Positions 1 to 11,811 of a stretch of 64,000 bases of DNA are shown here, piece after piece. The translations under genes and the position numbers were made by a program. This stretch comes from Candidatus Saccharimonadales bacterium (GTDB taxonomy: Bacteria; Patescibacteriota; Saccharimonadia; Saccharimonadales; 2-12-FULL-41-12): assembly GCA_025451045.1 (NCBI GenBank), contig JANWLD010000001.1:471468-535467 (forward strand), written 5' to 3'. Position 1 is the first letter of the stretch; each line of letters begins with the position of its first letter. The notes below the pieces were generated by a model. That model was not told the origin of the DNA, ran no database searches, and worked only from the letters and a program-made list of their open reading frames with translations.

Positions 1-3000
1 CCGCTCAAAGCCCAAGTAGTTCTAACCAATCAAGTGACCGGCGAAGTTAAAGAACATGAGATTTATCTAGGCGACTTCCCATGGATGACCACTCGCGGTA
101 CCTTCGTAATCAACGGCGCCGAACGTGTCGTCGTAAGCCAGCTGATACGCTCAGCTGGCGTTTTTTTCACCAGCGAGCAGGCCTCTGCCGGGCACAACCT
201 GTACGGAGCGAAAGTTATTCCCGGCCGCGGCGCATGGCTGGAGTTTGAAACTGCTGCTAACGGCGCATTGTTCGTCAAAATTGACCGCAAGCGTAAGATT
301 CCGGTAACTACCTTGCTTCGCGCCCTTGGTATGAGTGAAGCCGAAATGAAAGAGGTCTTCAAGCATGTCGACCAAGCCGAAGTAAGCTATCTGGAAACTA
401 CGCTGGACAAGGATCCGTCAAAAACTTCCTCGGAAGCTTTGATTGAAGTCTACCGTCGCCTGCGTCCGGGTGATTTGGCAACCGTTGACAACGCCCGCAG
501 CCTGCTGGAAAACATGTTTTATAATTTCAAGCGCTTTGATTTTAGCCGGGTTGGCCGGTATAAGATTAACAAACGGTTGGACTTGGACGCGCCGAATACT
601 GTTGAAAACCGCGCCATGCGCCTTGAGGACTTAACTGCCATTATCAGCGAAGTCATCCGGCTAAACAACACGCAAGAACCAGCTGATGACATCGACAGTC
701 TGGCTAACCGCCGCGTAAAACTGGTAGGAGAACTGGTACAAAGACAGTTCCGTATTGGCCTGCTTCGTATGGAGCGCAATACGAAAGACCGGATGAGCAT
801 GAGTGAAATCGAAACTGTCACGCCCGGCCAGCTTATAAATGCCCGTCCGGTGGTCGCCGCGGTGCGCGAATTTTTCGCCAGCTCGCAACTATCTCAGTTT
901 ATGGACCAGATTAATCCGGTCAGTGAACTTGCCCACAAGCGTCGTCTAAGTTCTATGGGGCCGGGCGGGTTATCCCGTGAACGAGCCGGTTTTGAAGTCC
1001 GTGACGCGCATGCTACACATTACGGCCGTATCTGCGCCGTGGAAACACCGGAAGGCGCCAACATCGGCCTGGTACTAAACCTGGCCAACTATGCCCGTAT
1101 TAATGACTATGGTTTCATAGAAACCCCTTACCGAAAAGTTATAAGCGCCGTCACTCCAAAGGATGCGGCTGGACATATCGCCAGTATTGATTTGGAAGAT
1201 GAAAAAGGTAAAGTCATTGTCAAAGCCGGTTCAAAGATAAATGCCGCCGACGCCAAGAAATTGGCCGCCGTAAAAAGCCGGAAGACCTGGCCGGTCAAAT
1301 CCGTAGTAACTGACCAGATTGAATATCTTGATGCCGCCGAAGAAGACAAGGCAGTTATTGCCGGTGCTGGCAATGCTGTCGACGGCAAAGGCTATTTTGT
1401 TGATGAAAGGGTTGCCGCCCGTGTCCGCTTGCAGGTGGCTGAGACTGATGCCAACGACGCTACCCACATGGACGCTAGCAACAACCAGATTATTGGCTCA
1501 ATCGCCGGACTGATTCCGTTTATTGAAAGAGACCGTGTTGACCGTGCTTTGGTGGGTTCCAACCAGCAAAAACAGGCTGTACCGCTGGTCAGGCCTAAGG
1601 CGCCGATTATCGGTACCGGTCTTGAAGCCGCTGTTGCGCAAAACAGCGGACAGGTAGTTTATGCCGAAGAAGCCGGCGAAGTAGTCAAGGCTTCGGCTGA
1701 TGAAGTTGTCATTAACTACAAGAAACTAAAGAAAGTTACCTACAAACCGCTTCATTTTGTGCGTAGTAACGAGGGTACCTGTATCAACCAGCGGGTTGTT
1801 ATTTCAGCCAAGCAGAAAGTCAAAGCCGGCGATGTTTTGATAGAAGGCATGTCGATTGAGTCCGGCGAACTGGCCCTGGGCCGCGACTTACGAGTCGCCT
1901 TTATGCCGTGGGGCGGTTATAACTTTGAAGATGCCATAGTTATTTCAAGAAAACTGGTTGAAGACGATTCGCTGACTTCTATCCATATCGTTGACTACAT
2001 GACTGAAGTCCGCGAAACCAAATTGGGACCGGAAATAGTCACCGGAGATATTCCGAACGTATCCGAAGACGCCCTGCGTCATCTTGATGAAGAAGGCATT
2101 GTGCGAATCGGCGCTGAAGTGCATCCCGGCGATATTCTGGTAGGAAAGATTACGCCGAAAGGCGAACAGGAACTGTCAAGTGAGGAACGGTTGCTCCGAG
2201 CTATCTTTGGTGAAAAAGCCAAAGAAGTTCGTGATACTTCACAGCGCATGAGCAATGGCAAGCATGGCAAAGTCGTCGGCGTAAAGATATTCTCCCGCGA
2301 AAACGGCCACGAGCTCAAGGCCGGTGTGATTATGCAGATTCAGGTCTTCGTAGCGCAAATGCGCAAAATTCAGGTCGGTGACAAGCTGGCCGGACGACAC
2401 GGTAACAAGGGCGTTATTGCCCGTATATTGCCAGTCGAGGATATGCCATTTTCCGAAGATGGCGAACCGGTAGACATCGTGCTTAACCCTATGGGAGTAC
2501 CGTCTAGGATGAACTTGGGACAATTATTCGAAACGCACCTTGGTATGGCCGCCAAAGCCCTCGGTATGAAAGTCGCCACCCCCTCCTTCAATGGCTTACC
2601 GGTAAGCAAAATAAAGGAACTGTTAAAACAGGCAAAACTGCCGGAAGACGGCAAGCAGCAGCTTTATGATGGCCGGACCGGCGAAGCCTTTAAGGAAAAA
2701 ACAGTTGTCGGAAACATGTACATGCTGAAATTGACCCACATGGTAACTGACAAGATTCACGCTCGTTCGACCGGACCATACACTATGGTTACCCAGCAGC
2801 CGTTGGGCGGAAAAGCCCAAAACGGCGGCCAGCGCTTCGGTGAAATGGAAGTCTGGGCACTGGAAGCTTACGGCGCGGCCAATACGCTTCAGGAAATGCT
2901 GACTATCAAGTCTGATGATGTTTACGGTCGAAGCAAAGCTTACGAATCCATCATTAAACAGACCGAAATAGTCGGTCCTAAAGTACCGGAGAGTTTCAAC

Positions 3001-3264
3001 GTGTTGGTCAAAGAACTGCAAGGTTTGGGTCTGAAGGTTGATTTGATTGAAAAAGACCAAGTTGTTGACGCCGAAGACGTTCTAGCTGAAAACATCAAAG
3101 GTGAAGCCGAAGACCAGGCGGAAGTTGAAGTGCCGGCTCCGGAAGCCAGCAATGTCGACGTGTCTGAGGACGCGGCAGTGGATGAATATATGGTAATGGA
3201 ACTGGAAGATGATATTCCCGCAACAACCGCGGTATCTGATTCGGATGAAGGAGGAGAGGCTTAG
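1..3264 (+). CDS. rpoB: DNA-directed RNA polymerase subunit beta (5' end lies outside the window)
   Basis: Frame 1 is open from base 1, so the ORF-track Met at 34 is internal. The translation carries RpoB hallmarks (GTFVINGAERVVVSQL, HKRRLSSMGPGGL, GRHGNKGV, NPMGVPSRMN, RFGEMEVWALEAYGA) and ends in an acidic tail of about 70 aa. Confidence 0.97.
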   Translation, partial: PLKAQVVLTNQVTGEVKEHEIYLGDFPWMTTRGTFVINGAERVVVSQLIRSAGVFFTSEQASAGHNLYGAKVIPGRGAWLEFETAANGALFVKIDRKRKIPVTTLLRALGMSEAEMKEVFKHVDQAEVSYLETTLDKDPSKTSSEALIEVYRRLRPGDLATVDNARSLLENMFYNFKRFDFSRVGRYKINKRLDLDAPNTVENRAMRLEDLTAIISEVIRLNNTQEPADDIDSLANRRVKLVGELVQRQFRIGLLRMERNTKDRMSMSEIETVTPGQLINARPVVAAVREFFASSQLSQFMDQINPVSELAHKRRLSSMGPGGLSRERAGFEVRDAHATHYGRICAVETPEGANIGLVLNLANYARINDYGFIETPYRKVISAVTPKDAAGHIASIDLEDEKGKVIVKAGSKINAADAKKLAAVKSRKTWPVKSVVTDQIEYLDAAEEDKAVIAGAGNAVDGKGYFVDERVAARVRLQVAETDANDATHMDASNNQIIGSIAGLIPFIERDRVDRALVGSNQQKQAVPLVRPKAPIIGTGLEAAVAQNSGQVVYAEEAGEVVKASADEVVINYKKLKKVTYKPLHFVRSNEGTCINQRVVISAKQKVKAGDVLIEGMSIESGELALGRDLRVAFMPWGGYNFEDAIVISRKLVEDDSLTSIHIVDYMTEVRETKLGPEIVTGDIPNVSEDALRHLDEEGIVRIGAEVHPGDILVGKITPKGEQELSSEERLLRAIFGEKAKEVRDTSQRMSNGKHGKVVGVKIFSRENGHELKAGVIMQIQVFVAQMRKIQVGDKLAGRHGNKGVIARILPVEDMPFSEDGEPVDIVLNPMGVPSRMNLGQLFETHLGMAAKALGMKVATPSFNGLPVSKIKELLKQAKLPEDGKQQLYDGRTGEAFKEKTVVGNMYMLKLTHMVTDKIHARSTGPYTMVTQQPLGGKAQNGGQRFGEMEVWALEAYGAANTLQEMLTIKSDDVYGRSKAYESIIKQTEIVGPKVPESFNVLVKELQGLGLKVDLIEKDQVVDAEDVLAENIKGEAEDQAEVEVPAPEASNVDVSEDAAVDEYMVMELEDDIPATTAVSDSDEGGEA

Positions 3265-6200
3265 ATGAGACGATATACTAGCGGAACTAATATTGCGGAT
3301 TTTGACGCCGTAAGATTGGCCGTAGCCAGCGCCGACGATATATTGGACTGGAGTTACGGCGAGGTAACCAAGCCGGAAACCATCAATTATCGTACCCAGA
3401 AGCCGGAACGCGACGGCTTATTCTGTGAGCGCATCTTCGGCCCGGCTAAAGATATCAACCCGCATGACGCTAAATATAAGGGAGTAAGGTCGCGTGAAGC
3501 CGCTGTCGATAAGAACGGCGAGCTGGTGACCAAATCCATCGTCCGGCGTGAGCGCATGGGCCACATCAAACTGGCTAGTCCAGTCGCCCACATTTGGTTT
3601 TTACGCGGTACGCCGAGTGCCGTAGGCCTGCTTCTCGGCATGACCGTAAAGAGCCTAGAGCGCATAGCATATTTTGCCAGTTATATTATTAAATCTGTCG
3701 ACCGTGAAAAACGCGACAAACTGTTGGTTGACAAAGAAGCCGAGTTTGCTGCCGCCCAAGAGGCTATCAAAGCCCGCTATGAAAAAGAAGCCAAAGCCAA
3801 AGACGCCGATGTCAAAGCCTTGGCTGAGGCTCAGACCAAAGAGGTAGAAGAAGTCCAAGCGGCATTTGATGAATACAAAGAAATGGTTGTCGGGCTGGAA
3901 AAATTCCATCTGATAAGCGAGAACGATTATCGCGCGCTGCCTGACGAATTGCAAAGCCTGGTTACCGTCGGCATGGGCGGTTCTGCTCTGCAGGAACTTT
4001 TGGAAGAAATCGATTTAGCCAAGCTTATTAATAATCTGAATAAAGAAGCTGAAGAAGCCAAAGGCCAACGCAAGAAAAAAATTATGAAGCGTTTGCGCCT
4101 GCTTGAGAGCATGGAAAAGGCCGGTATCAAGCCGACCAGTATGTGCATCAGCGTCTTACCGGTTATCCCGCCGGACCTTAGGCCGATGGTGCAATTGACC
4201 GGCGGCCGGTTTGCTACATCCGACCTTAACGACCTCTATCGGCGTGTCATCAACCGTAATAACCGGTTGAAGAAACTTATTGACCTCAATGCTCCGGAAG
4301 TCATTCGGAGGAATGAACAGCGAATGCTTCAGGAAGCCGTTGATTCGCTAATTGACAACAGTAGCACCCGAAGCGGCCGTGCTGTTGCCGCTACCGGCCA
4401 AAGACGTCGTCTGAAGTCTTTGAGCGATATGCTAAAAGGCAAGCAAGGTCGGTTTCGACAGAACCTGCTTGGCAAACGTGTAGATTATTCCGGCCGTTCG
4501 GTGATTGTTGCCGGTCCGGAGCTTAAGATGTTCCAATGCGGCCTGCCAAAGATGATGGCTTTGGAACTGTTCAAACCTTTCGTTATCGGCCAATTAATTC
4601 AAAAAGAATTAGCGCACAATATCCGCAGCGCTACCAGGATGATAGAAATGAACGAAATTGCTGTCTGGGATGCTTTGGATGAAGTAATCAAAGACAAGTA
4701 CGTGCTACTTAACCGCGCGCCCAGTTTGCACCGCCTTTCTATCCAGGCTTTCCAGCCGGTATTGATTGAAGGTAAGGCCATTCAGCTGCACCCGTTGGTC
4801 TGTAAAGGTTTCAACGCCGACTTTGACGGTGACCAAATGGCGGTTCACCTGCCGCTTTCCAGCAAAGCGCAGGACGAAGCCCGCGATATAATGGCGGCTA
4901 ACAAAAACCTGCTCAAGCCGGCGGATGGTTCGCCGATTCTGCATATTGAACAGGACATAGTCCTGGGTTGTTACTACCTGACTTATGAAAGGCCCGACAG
5001 TAGCAAAAAAGTCAGAAACTACCAGAATATTGCTGAAGCCTTAATGGCATTCGATGGCGGCTACCTCAACCTCCAAGACCGCATAAAGATACGTTTCCGC
5101 GAAGAAGAAAAGGAAAGTACTTTCGGCCGTTTCCTATTCAACGAAATATTCCCGGACGATTTTAAGTTCCAGGATGAGGCTATGACTAAGAAGAAACTAG
5201 CCAACGTGATGGCTCAGGTTTATCAAAAATACGGCCAGGAAAAGAGCGCTGAAATAGCCGATGACTTAAAAACCCTTGGTTTTGAATACGCTACGCGTTC
5301 CGGCCTTTCAATGGGTATGAGTGACTTTGTCGATGTCAAGAACCTGCAAGAAACCTTGGATAAAGCCGAACAACGCGCGACTGCCGTTAGCGAACAGTAC
5401 GACGAAGGCTTTATTACTGATGATGAGCGTTACCGGTTGACGATTGAAACCTGGACTGATGCCGACTCGGAAATCCAGCAGGCACTTTCCAAACAGTTTA
5501 TCGGAGAAGACAATGCCATGTCGCTGGCAGTTACTTCCGGTGCGCGAGGATCAATCGTGCAGGTAAAACAGGTTATCGGTTCGGTCGGAATCCTTTCCGA
5601 TGCTACCGGACGAGCGATGGAATTGCCAATCAAGAGCAATTACCGTGACGGGCTTAACCCTCTGGAATACTTCACCTCAACTCGTGGTGCCAGAAAGGGT
5701 TTGATTGACACGGCACTAAAGACTGCCGACTCTGGTTATCTGACCCGAAGGCTTGTAGATGTCGCTCAAGACGTATTTACTACCGAGGAAGCCGCTGATG
5801 ACCCCGGATTTTCCATGTATAGGGCTGACGCTGCCGAAATCGGCGTAGATTACGCTTCACGGCTATATGGCCGTTATGCCGCGGAAACCATTGGCAGCTA
5901 TGTCAAAAAAGGCCAGCTTATCTCTGAAGAAGCCGCTAAACAGATTGAAGAAGATGCCAGCCTTGATGGCGTAAAGATAATGAGCGTACTGAGTTATGGC
6001 GGCGTACGAGGGGTTAATCCGAAGAGTTACGGCCTTGATCCGGCGACTGGCGAACTAGTGGCTGACCACAGCCCGATAGGCGTTATTGCCGCTCAAAGTA
6101 TCGGTGAGCCCGGTACCCAGTTGACGCTTCGTACATTCCACAGTGGTGGTGTTGCTGCCGCCGATGATATTACCCAGGGTCTGCCGCGTGTCGAAGAGCT

Positions 6201-7089
6201 TTTTGAAGTTCGCGTACCGAAAGGAAAAGCATTCTTATCGGACATACCCGGCAAAATCGAGGTTTCTGAGGAAAATGACCAATACGTTGTCCAGGTAACT
6301 GATGATGAAGCCAAAGCCGCTAAACTGACTATTGGCGATAGGAATGTCAATGTAGCTTCCGCCGGCGAAGTTGCCGTCGGCGATGTTGTAGCGTCCGGCG
6401 AAGGCGGTGAGAACCCGCTGATAGCACCGGTTGCCGGCAAGGTTTCCCTAACAAAAAAGAACATCACCATCACTCCTGCCGGTCAAAGCGTGGTCAAATA
6501 CGACATTCCAACCTACAAGCAATTGCAGGTCAAAGACGGTGATATCGTTGAACCTGGCGACCGTTTGACGAACGGTTCCATCAATCTTCATGATTTGATG
6601 CGGCTGAAGGGGGTCGAGGCTACCCAGCGTTACATCATGAACGAGATTCTTCGGATTTTTGCCAGCCAAGGTCAGAATATCGCCGATAAACACCTTGAAA
6701 TCATCGTGAAACAAATGTTTTCACGGGTTCAGATAGAAGACGCCGGCGATAGTGAGTTCGTAACTGGTGATATTGTCAGCAAACTGGCGGTAGTCGAAAC
6801 CAACGAAGCTTTAGCTAAAGCCAAGAAAAAATCGGCCGTATTCAACCAACTGTTGCTCGGCATAACCAAAGCATCCTTGAGTACTGACTCATTCCTATCT
6901 GCCGCATCCTTCCAGGACACCACGCGCGTGCTTATTGCGGCCGCGACTAGCGGAAAAGTTGACAGCCTGTTTGGACTGAAGGAAAACGTGATTTTGGGCC
7001 GCCGTATTCCGGTTGGTACAGGCGTTCTTGAAGACGAAGAAGAGGAGCTGGAAACGCAGGAGACAGTTAGTCTTGAGGAAAACAGGTAA
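3265..7089 (+). CDS. rpoC: DNA-directed RNA polymerase subunit beta'
   Basis: 1274-aa ORF whose ATG directly follows the rpoB TAG. It contains the catalytic [12 protein letters not shown] motif and RAPSLHRLS. Confidence 0.97.
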   Translation: MRRYTSGTNIADFDAVRLAVASADDILDWSYGEVTKPETINYRTQKPERDGLFCERIFGPAKDINPHDAKYKGVRSREAAVDKNGELVTKSIVRRERMGHIKLASPVAHIWFLRGTPSAVGLLLGMTVKSLERIAYFASYIIKSVDREKRDKLLVDKEAEFAAAQEAIKARYEKEAKAKDADVKALAEAQTKEVEEVQAAFDEYKEMVVGLEKFHLISENDYRALPDELQSLVTVGMGGSALQELLEEIDLAKLINNLNKEAEEAKGQRKKKIMKRLRLLESMEKAGIKPTSMCISVLPVIPPDLRPMVQLTGGRFATSDLNDLYRRVINRNNRLKKLIDLNAPEVIRRNEQRMLQEAVDSLIDNSSTRSGRAVAATGQRRRLKSLSDMLKGKQGRFRQNLLGKRVDYSGRSVIVAGPELKMFQCGLPKMMALELFKPFVIGQLIQKELAHNIRSATRMIEMNEIAVWDALDEVIKDKYVLLNRAPSLHRLSIQAFQPVLIEGKAIQLHPLVCKGFNADFDGDQMAVHLPLSSKAQDEARDIMAANKNLLKPADGSPILHIEQDIVLGCYYLTYERPDSSKKVRNYQNIAEALMAFDGGYLNLQDRIKIRFREEEKESTFGRFLFNEIFPDDFKFQDEAMTKKKLANVMAQVYQKYGQEKSAEIADDLKTLGFEYATRSGLSMGMSDFVDVKNLQETLDKAEQRATAVSEQYDEGFITDDERYRLTIETWTDADSEIQQALSKQFIGEDNAMSLAVTSGARGSIVQVKQVIGSVGILSDATGRAMELPIKSNYRDGLNPLEYFTSTRGARKGLIDTALKTADSGYLTRRLVDVAQDVFTTEEAADDPGFSMYRADAAEIGVDYASRLYGRYAAETIGSYVKKGQLISEEAAKQIEEDASLDGVKIMSVLSYGGVRGVNPKSYGLDPATGELVADHSPIGVIAAQSIGEPGTQLTLRTFHSGGVAAADDITQGLPRVEELFEVRVPKGKAFLSDIPGKIEVSEENDQYVVQVTDDEAKAAKLTIGDRNVNVASAGEVAVGDVVASGEGGENPLIAPVAGKVSLTKKNITITPAGQSVVKYDIPTYKQLQVKDGDIVEPGDRLTNGSINLHDLMRLKGVEATQRYIMNEILRIFASQGQNIADKHLEIIVKQMFSRVQIEDAGDSEFVTGDIVSKLAVVETNEALAKAKKKSAVFNQLLLGITKASLSTDSFLSAASFQDTTRVLIAAATSGKVDSLFGLKENVILGRRIPVGTGVLEDEEEELETQETVSLEENR

Positions 7090-7174
7090 ATATGCTAAAG
7101 TTTACTCTTATGCAACAGATTAGAGACATATCTTCAGACCTCCTATACTTGAATTCGGCGAGGAGTGTCTGAAC

Positions 7175-7582
7175 GTGCCTACGATTAATCAGTTAGTTAG
7201 AAAACCACGAGCCAAAGCAAGCGGAAAAAGCAAATCGCCGGCTCTTCAGCGTGTAACCAATAACTTAAAGACTCGTCATTATGAAAAGCCCTCTCCATTC
7301 AAGCGGGGTGTTTGTGTCAAAGTAACCACCAAGACGCCAAAGAAACCTAACTCGGCTTTGCGTAAGGTCGCCCGTGTGCGCCTGACTAACGGTTATGAAG
7401 TTTGGGCTTATATCGGCGGCGAAGGCCACAACCTCCAGGAACACGCAGTCGTGCTTATTCGCGGCGGCCGAGTACCGGATTTACCCGGTGTGCGTTACCA
7501 CGTAGTCCGTGGCAATCTTGACTTGCAAGGCGTAGAGAACCGAAAACAGCGCCGTTCTAAATATGGAGCCAAAAAATCATAA
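7175..7582 (+). CDS. rpsL: 30S ribosomal protein S12
   Basis: GTG start with GAGGAG at 7160-7165. The translation [11 protein letters not shown]...[16 protein letters not shown] is unmistakably S12. Confidence 0.97.
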   Translation: MPTINQLVRKPRAKASGKSKSPALQRVTNNLKTRHYEKPSPFKRGVCVKVTTKTPKKPNSALRKVARVRLTNGYEVWAYIGGEGHNLQEHAVVLIRGGRVPDLPGVRYHVVRGNLDLQGVENRKQRRSKYGAKKS

Positions 7583-8061
7583 TGCCGCGGCATAAAACTA
7601 AATCTTTAGTAAGAGACATAGCACCGGACAGGGCCTATAACAGCGTAGCCGTACAGCGGCTTATTAACCGCGTAATGCAGGATGGCAAGAAACAGATGGC
7701 CGAACGGCTGGTTTACGGGGGTATGCAAAAAGCGGCCGATAAGCTGAAAGTCCAAAACCCGCTTGATGTATTTGAGCAAGCCATGGGTAATATTCGGCCC
7801 CATGTAGAAACCCGCTCACGCAGGGTAGGCGGTGCTAACTACCAGATTCCGTTCGAGGTCAAAGGCCAGCGACAAAACCACCTGACAACCATGTGGTTCG
7901 TCGAAGCCGCCCGAGCCCGAAAAGGTATGAGTATGGAAGACAGAATAGCCCAGGAATTGGTCGACGCTTATAACCAAACCGGCCCGGCAGTTAAGAAACG
8001 TGAAGATACCCACAAGATGGCTGATGCTAATAGGGCCTTCGCCCACTTCGCGAGGTATTAA
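7582..8061 (+). CDS. rpsG: 30S ribosomal protein S7
   Basis: TAATG overlap with rpsL. The 159-aa S7-like translation includes VETRSRRVGGANYQIPFEV. Confidence 0.97.
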   Translation: MPRHKTKSLVRDIAPDRAYNSVAVQRLINRVMQDGKKQMAERLVYGGMQKAADKLKVQNPLDVFEQAMGNIRPHVETRSRRVGGANYQIPFEVKGQRQNHLTTMWFVEAARARKGMSMEDRIAQELVDAYNQTGPAVKKREDTHKMADANRAFAHFARY

Positions 8062-8063
8062 GC

Positions 8064-8318
8064 ATGGCCTATTGTGAAGCTGCCCAAAAAGAGTGTCGTT
8101 ATCTAGATCAATTAGAGCTAATCAAAGAAAACACGGTTTTAATGCGTGCTACAAGTGATGGCGCTAAAGCTAAATCAGCTTCGGATGTCGAGAAGGGTCT
8201 TGATGGAGCAACTGACGAATTTATAGCAAATTGCTCGGACGACTATTGCGGTCTCGTAGGATTGGCTGTCGGTCGGGCCATGGTAAAACAAGCAGAGGCT
8301 ATTGGCCGAAGAATATAG
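8064..8318 (+). CDS. Hypothetical small acidic protein (84 aa), family C member 1, inserted between rpsG and fusA
   Basis: The ATG lies 2 nt after the rpsG stop, with GAGGT about 9 nt upstream inside the rpsG 3' end. By eye it is a paralog of ORF 19668-19961. GC looks lower than the flanks. No recognisable family. Confidence 0.55.
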   Translation: MAYCEAAQKECRYLDQLELIKENTVLMRATSDGAKAKSASDVEKGLDGATDEFIANCSDDYCGLVGLAVGRAMVKQAEAIGRRI

Positions 8319-8341
8319 TTTATTAATTAGGAAATCAAAAG

Positions 8342-10429
8342 GTGACAGAGAAGAAATATCCAATAGATAAAATCAGGAATATCGGTATCATTGCCCACAT
8401 TGACGCGGGTAAGACTACTACTACCGAAGGTATTTTGTACCGAACCGGACTGAAGCACAAAATCGGCGCTGTGCATGAAGGTGAAACTACCACCGACTGG
8501 ATGGCACAGGAGCGAGAGCGCGGTATCACTATCGTATCTGCCGCCGTGACCTGTTATTGGAAAGACCATCAGATTAATATTATCGACACACCCGGGCACA
8601 TTGACTTCACTGTTGAAGTCGAGCGTTCACTTCGTGTGCTGGATGGCGCGGTTACTGTCTTTGACGGCAAGATGGGCGTAGAGTCACAATCCGAAACAGT
8701 TTGGCGCCAGGCCGACAAGTACGGCGTACCGCGAATTTGTTTTATCAACAAAATCAACCAGACCGGCGGTGATTTTTATAAATCGCTTGATTCTATCCAT
8801 GCCAGACTTTCCAAGCATGCTTTTCCTATCCACTTGCCTATTGGTTTTGAGCAAAAGGTTAACGGTATTGTCGACTTGGTTAGCATGAAGGCTTACACCT
8901 ACAAAGAATTTACCGATAAGGAACTAACAGAAGGCGAAATTCCTGAGGATATGGCCGATAAGGTTAAAAAATACCGTTCACTTCTGATTGAAAATGCTGT
9001 GGCTGAAGATGAGCAGATGCTTGAAAAATACTTTGAAGTTGGCGAAGAAGGCCTATCCGAGGATGATGTCAAACAAGCTATCCGTACGGCTGTTTTAACC
9101 GGTAAGTTCTTTATCGTCAGCGGTGGTGACGGCCGGGGCGTAATCGTTGAAAAACTACTTGATATCGCCACCGAATATCTGCCAAGCCCAACCGACCGGG
9201 GAAGTACATGGGGAAAACATCCTAAAAACGATGATGAAGTTGAGCGCAAAGTTGACAGCGCGCAGCCGCTGGCTGGACTGGCCTTTAAGATTGCGACCGA
9301 CCCATTTGTCGGAAAATTGGCATATTTTAGGGTCTACTCGGGCAAATTAACAGCCGGCAGCTACGTCTTTAATAGCTCTACCGGTAATAAAGAGCGCATC
9401 GGCCGAATAGTTAGAATGCAGGCTGACAAACGTGAAGAAGTAAGTGAAGTCACTGCCGGTGATATTGCCGCTATCGTCGGACTTAAAGATACCACTACCG
9501 GACACACCCTTTCTGACCAGAACAACCCGATTGTGCTGGAAAGCATAACTTTCCCGGAACCTCCGGTGTCTATCGCGATTGAGCCAAAAACCAAAGCCGA
9601 CCAGGAGAAAATGAGCTTAGCATTGCAACGCCTGGCTGAAGAAGACCCGACTTTTAGAATCAAAGTGGATGAGGAAACTGGCCAGACTATCATCAGCGGC
9701 ATGGGTGAATTACACCTTGAAATTATCGTAGATAGGATGAAACGGGAATTCTCTGTGGAGGCTAACATTGGCCAGCCGCAGGTAGCTTATCGCGAGACTA
9801 TCCGCAAAGACGCCGTAGAAGTGCAGGGCAAATTTATTCGCCAATCCGGCGGCCGCGGACAATATGGCGATGTGTGGTTACGCCTTAGCCAGAATGAAGC
9901 TGGCCAAGGTTACGAGTTTATCAATTCCATTAAGGGCGGTGTTGTGCCGCAGGAATACATCAAACCGGTTGACGAAGGTATCAAAGAGGCCATGGCCAAC
10001 GGCGTATTGGCCGGTTATCCGGTAGTTGATGTTAAGGCAGAGCTTTATGACGGGAGTTACCATGATGTTGACTCTTCTGAGATGGCATTTAAAATAGCCG
10101 GTTCAATGGCGCTTCAAGAAGGCGTCAAAAAGGCCAACCCAGTGCTACTGGAACCAATCATGAAAGTTGTAGTTGTAACTCCGGAAGAGTTCATGGGTGA
10201 TGTTATTGGCGGCCTGAACTCTAAGCGGGGCAGGATCGAAACTATGGAGGACTTAGCCAATGGCATCAAGCAGATTACAGCTTTTGTACCATTAGGCGAA
10301 ATGTTCGGCTACACTACCGAGCTTCGAAGTTCGACCCAAGGGCGAGCCAGTTCCAGCATGGAGCTTGACCACTATGCCGACGTGCCGCCAAACGTAGCAG
10401 AAGCTATCATTGCCAAATCCGCAAAATAG
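8342..10429 (+). CDS. fusA: Elongation factor G
   Basis: GTG start. The translation carries the [10 protein letters not shown]-loop, DTPGHIDF and the full EF-G domain order across 695 aa. Confidence 0.97.
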   Translation: MTEKKYPIDKIRNIGIIAHIDAGKTTTTEGILYRTGLKHKIGAVHEGETTTDWMAQERERGITIVSAAVTCYWKDHQINIIDTPGHIDFTVEVERSLRVLDGAVTVFDGKMGVESQSETVWRQADKYGVPRICFINKINQTGGDFYKSLDSIHARLSKHAFPIHLPIGFEQKVNGIVDLVSMKAYTYKEFTDKELTEGEIPEDMADKVKKYRSLLIENAVAEDEQMLEKYFEVGEEGLSEDDVKQAIRTAVLTGKFFIVSGGDGRGVIVEKLLDIATEYLPSPTDRGSTWGKHPKNDDEVERKVDSAQPLAGLAFKIATDPFVGKLAYFRVYSGKLTAGSYVFNSSTGNKERIGRIVRMQADKREEVSEVTAGDIAAIVGLKDTTTGHTLSDQNNPIVLESITFPEPPVSIAIEPKTKADQEKMSLALQRLAEEDPTFRIKVDEETGQTIISGMGELHLEIIVDRMKREFSVEANIGQPQVAYRETIRKDAVEVQGKFIRQSGGRGQYGDVWLRLSQNEAGQGYEFINSIKGGVVPQEYIKPVDEGIKEAMANGVLAGYPVVDVKAELYDGSYHDVDSSEMAFKIAGSMALQEGVKKANPVLLEPIMKVVVVTPEEFMGDVIGGLNSKRGRIETMEDLANGIKQITAFVPLGEMFGYTTELRSSTQGRASSSMELDHYADVPPNVAEAIIAKSAK

Positions 10430-10444
10430 TGGTATTTTATTGAC

Positions 10445-10732
10445 ATGAATGCTGAAAACAGTGGTGAACAAATGCGTATTTGTCCCTGGAAAGTAGCAAA
10501 AGCTCAAAAACCTCTAGTTATTGAAAATCCTTTAGCTGAATATCCTTCTATGAGAATGGTAGTTCCGGAAGGTGCCGATATAGCATGTGAATCGGACTGT
10601 CCTGGCGCGCGAAAAGAACGCAGGCACTTAGGCCCTATACCTTTGCCGATACAAAAAGAGATATGCCCTCTAAACGAAGTTATAGACGATGCAGGCGCGC
10701 ATAACGCCTCAATACTTAGCAGAAAAGATTAG
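10445..10732 (+). CDS. Questionable ORF (95 aa, 4 Cys) in the 300-bp spacer between convergent fusA and aroC
   Basis: Open frame only. There is no Shine-Dalgarno, the start sits inside a TTGACATG string, and the 3' end overlaps the aroC stop by 4 nt. No family recognised. Confidence 0.25.
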   Translation: MNAENSGEQMRICPWKVAKAQKPLVIENPLAEYPSMRMVVPEGADIACESDCPGARKERRHLGPIPLPIQKEICPLNEVIDDAGAHNASILSRKD

Positions 10733-11811
10733 TTATTTTGGGCTTTGTGGCGCAGGTGATGGTCCATTATGACCAGGGCGCTCATCGCGTCGACTATGGG
10801 AATGGCACGGGGCAGGACACACGGGTCATGACGGCCGCGAGCTTCCAGCTCCACTGCATTTTCTTCCAAATCAATCGTTTCTTGCTTTTTTGCAATTGTT
10901 GAAACAGGTTTGATAGCTACGCGGAAGTAAATATCTTCGCCGTTGGTTATACCGCCTAGAGTGCCGCCAGCATAGTTGGTTTTGGTTTTGATTTTGCCTG
11001 AATCTACATAAAATTCGTCGTTGTGTTCACTACCGCGCATACCGACACCGTCAAAACCTGAACCAATTTCAAAACCTTTGACGGCATTAATGCTAAGCAT
11101 CGCTTTGCCCAGGTCTGCAGAAATTTTGTCAAAAACCGGCTCGCCAAGCCCGACTGGACAATTTTTAATAACTCCAAAAATAACACCGCCAATGGAATCA
11201 TCATCGGCTTTTACTTCTTCTATAAGTGCAATCATTTTTTTAGCCGCATCGCTATCAGGGCAACGGACGATGTTAGACTCTATCATATCCATAGTGATTT
11301 TTTTGTAGTCTATATCTGTCTTGATGTCACCGACTTGCTGGACAAAGCTTAATATCTCAATACCCAGTTTTTCCTTTAGGTATTTCTTGGCAATCGCCCC
11401 GGCGGCAACACGTGCTAACGTTTCGCGTGCGGAGGCTCGGCCACTGCCTCTCCAATCACGTATGCCGTATTTTTTCTGAAAGGTAAAGTCAGCATGACCC
11501 GGGCGATACAGTTTTTTAATTTCGGCGTAATCTTCCGGCTTTATATCCTCGTTATAGGCGATTAGCAGAATCGGCGTGCCGGTAGTAACGCCTTCATATA
11601 CGCCTGAGAGGATGCTTATTTTATCTTTCTCGGCTCGGGGAGTAGTGATTTTGCTCTGGCCCGGCTTGCGGCGGTCCAAATCTTTTTGGATCTCGGCCTC
11701 GGTTATTTTGATTCCGGCAGGGCAACCGTCAATAACACAGCCGACAGCACCGCCGTGCGATTCACCAAAGGTAGTTATTCTAAATAGTTGTCCAAAACTA
11801 TTTCCTGGCAT
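10729..11811 (-). CDS. aroC: Chorismate synthase
   Basis: 360-aa translation with an AroC-like N-terminus ([28 protein letters not shown]) and [12 protein letters not shown] near the C-terminus. TAATG overlap with aroD. Confidence 0.95.
   Translation of the reverse strand: MPGNSFGQLFRITTFGESHGGAVGCVIDGCPAGIKITEAEIQKDLDRRKPGQSKITTPRAEKDKISILSGVYEGVTTGTPILLIAYNEDIKPEDYAEIKKLYRPGHADFTFQKKYGIRDWRGSGRASARETLARVAAGAIAKKYLKEKLGIEILSFVQQVGDIKTDIDYKKITMDMIESNIVRCPDSDAAKKMIALIEEVKADDDSIGGVIFGVIKNCPVGLGEPVFDKISADLGKAMLSINAVKGFEIGSGFDGVGMRGSEHNDEFYVDSGKIKTKTNYAGGTLGGITNGEDIYFRVAIKPVSTIAKKQETIDLEENAVELEARGRHDPCVLPRAIPIVDAMSALVIMDHHLRHKAQNN

Noticed and set aside
10565-10572. CCGGAAGG string resembling the GGAA tetraloop of SRP RNA helix 8
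   Set aside because: The flanking sequence (GUAGUU...GUGCCGAU) does not form the helix 8 stem, and the conserved GGAAGCAGC-type 3' strand is absent. It is probably coincidental.
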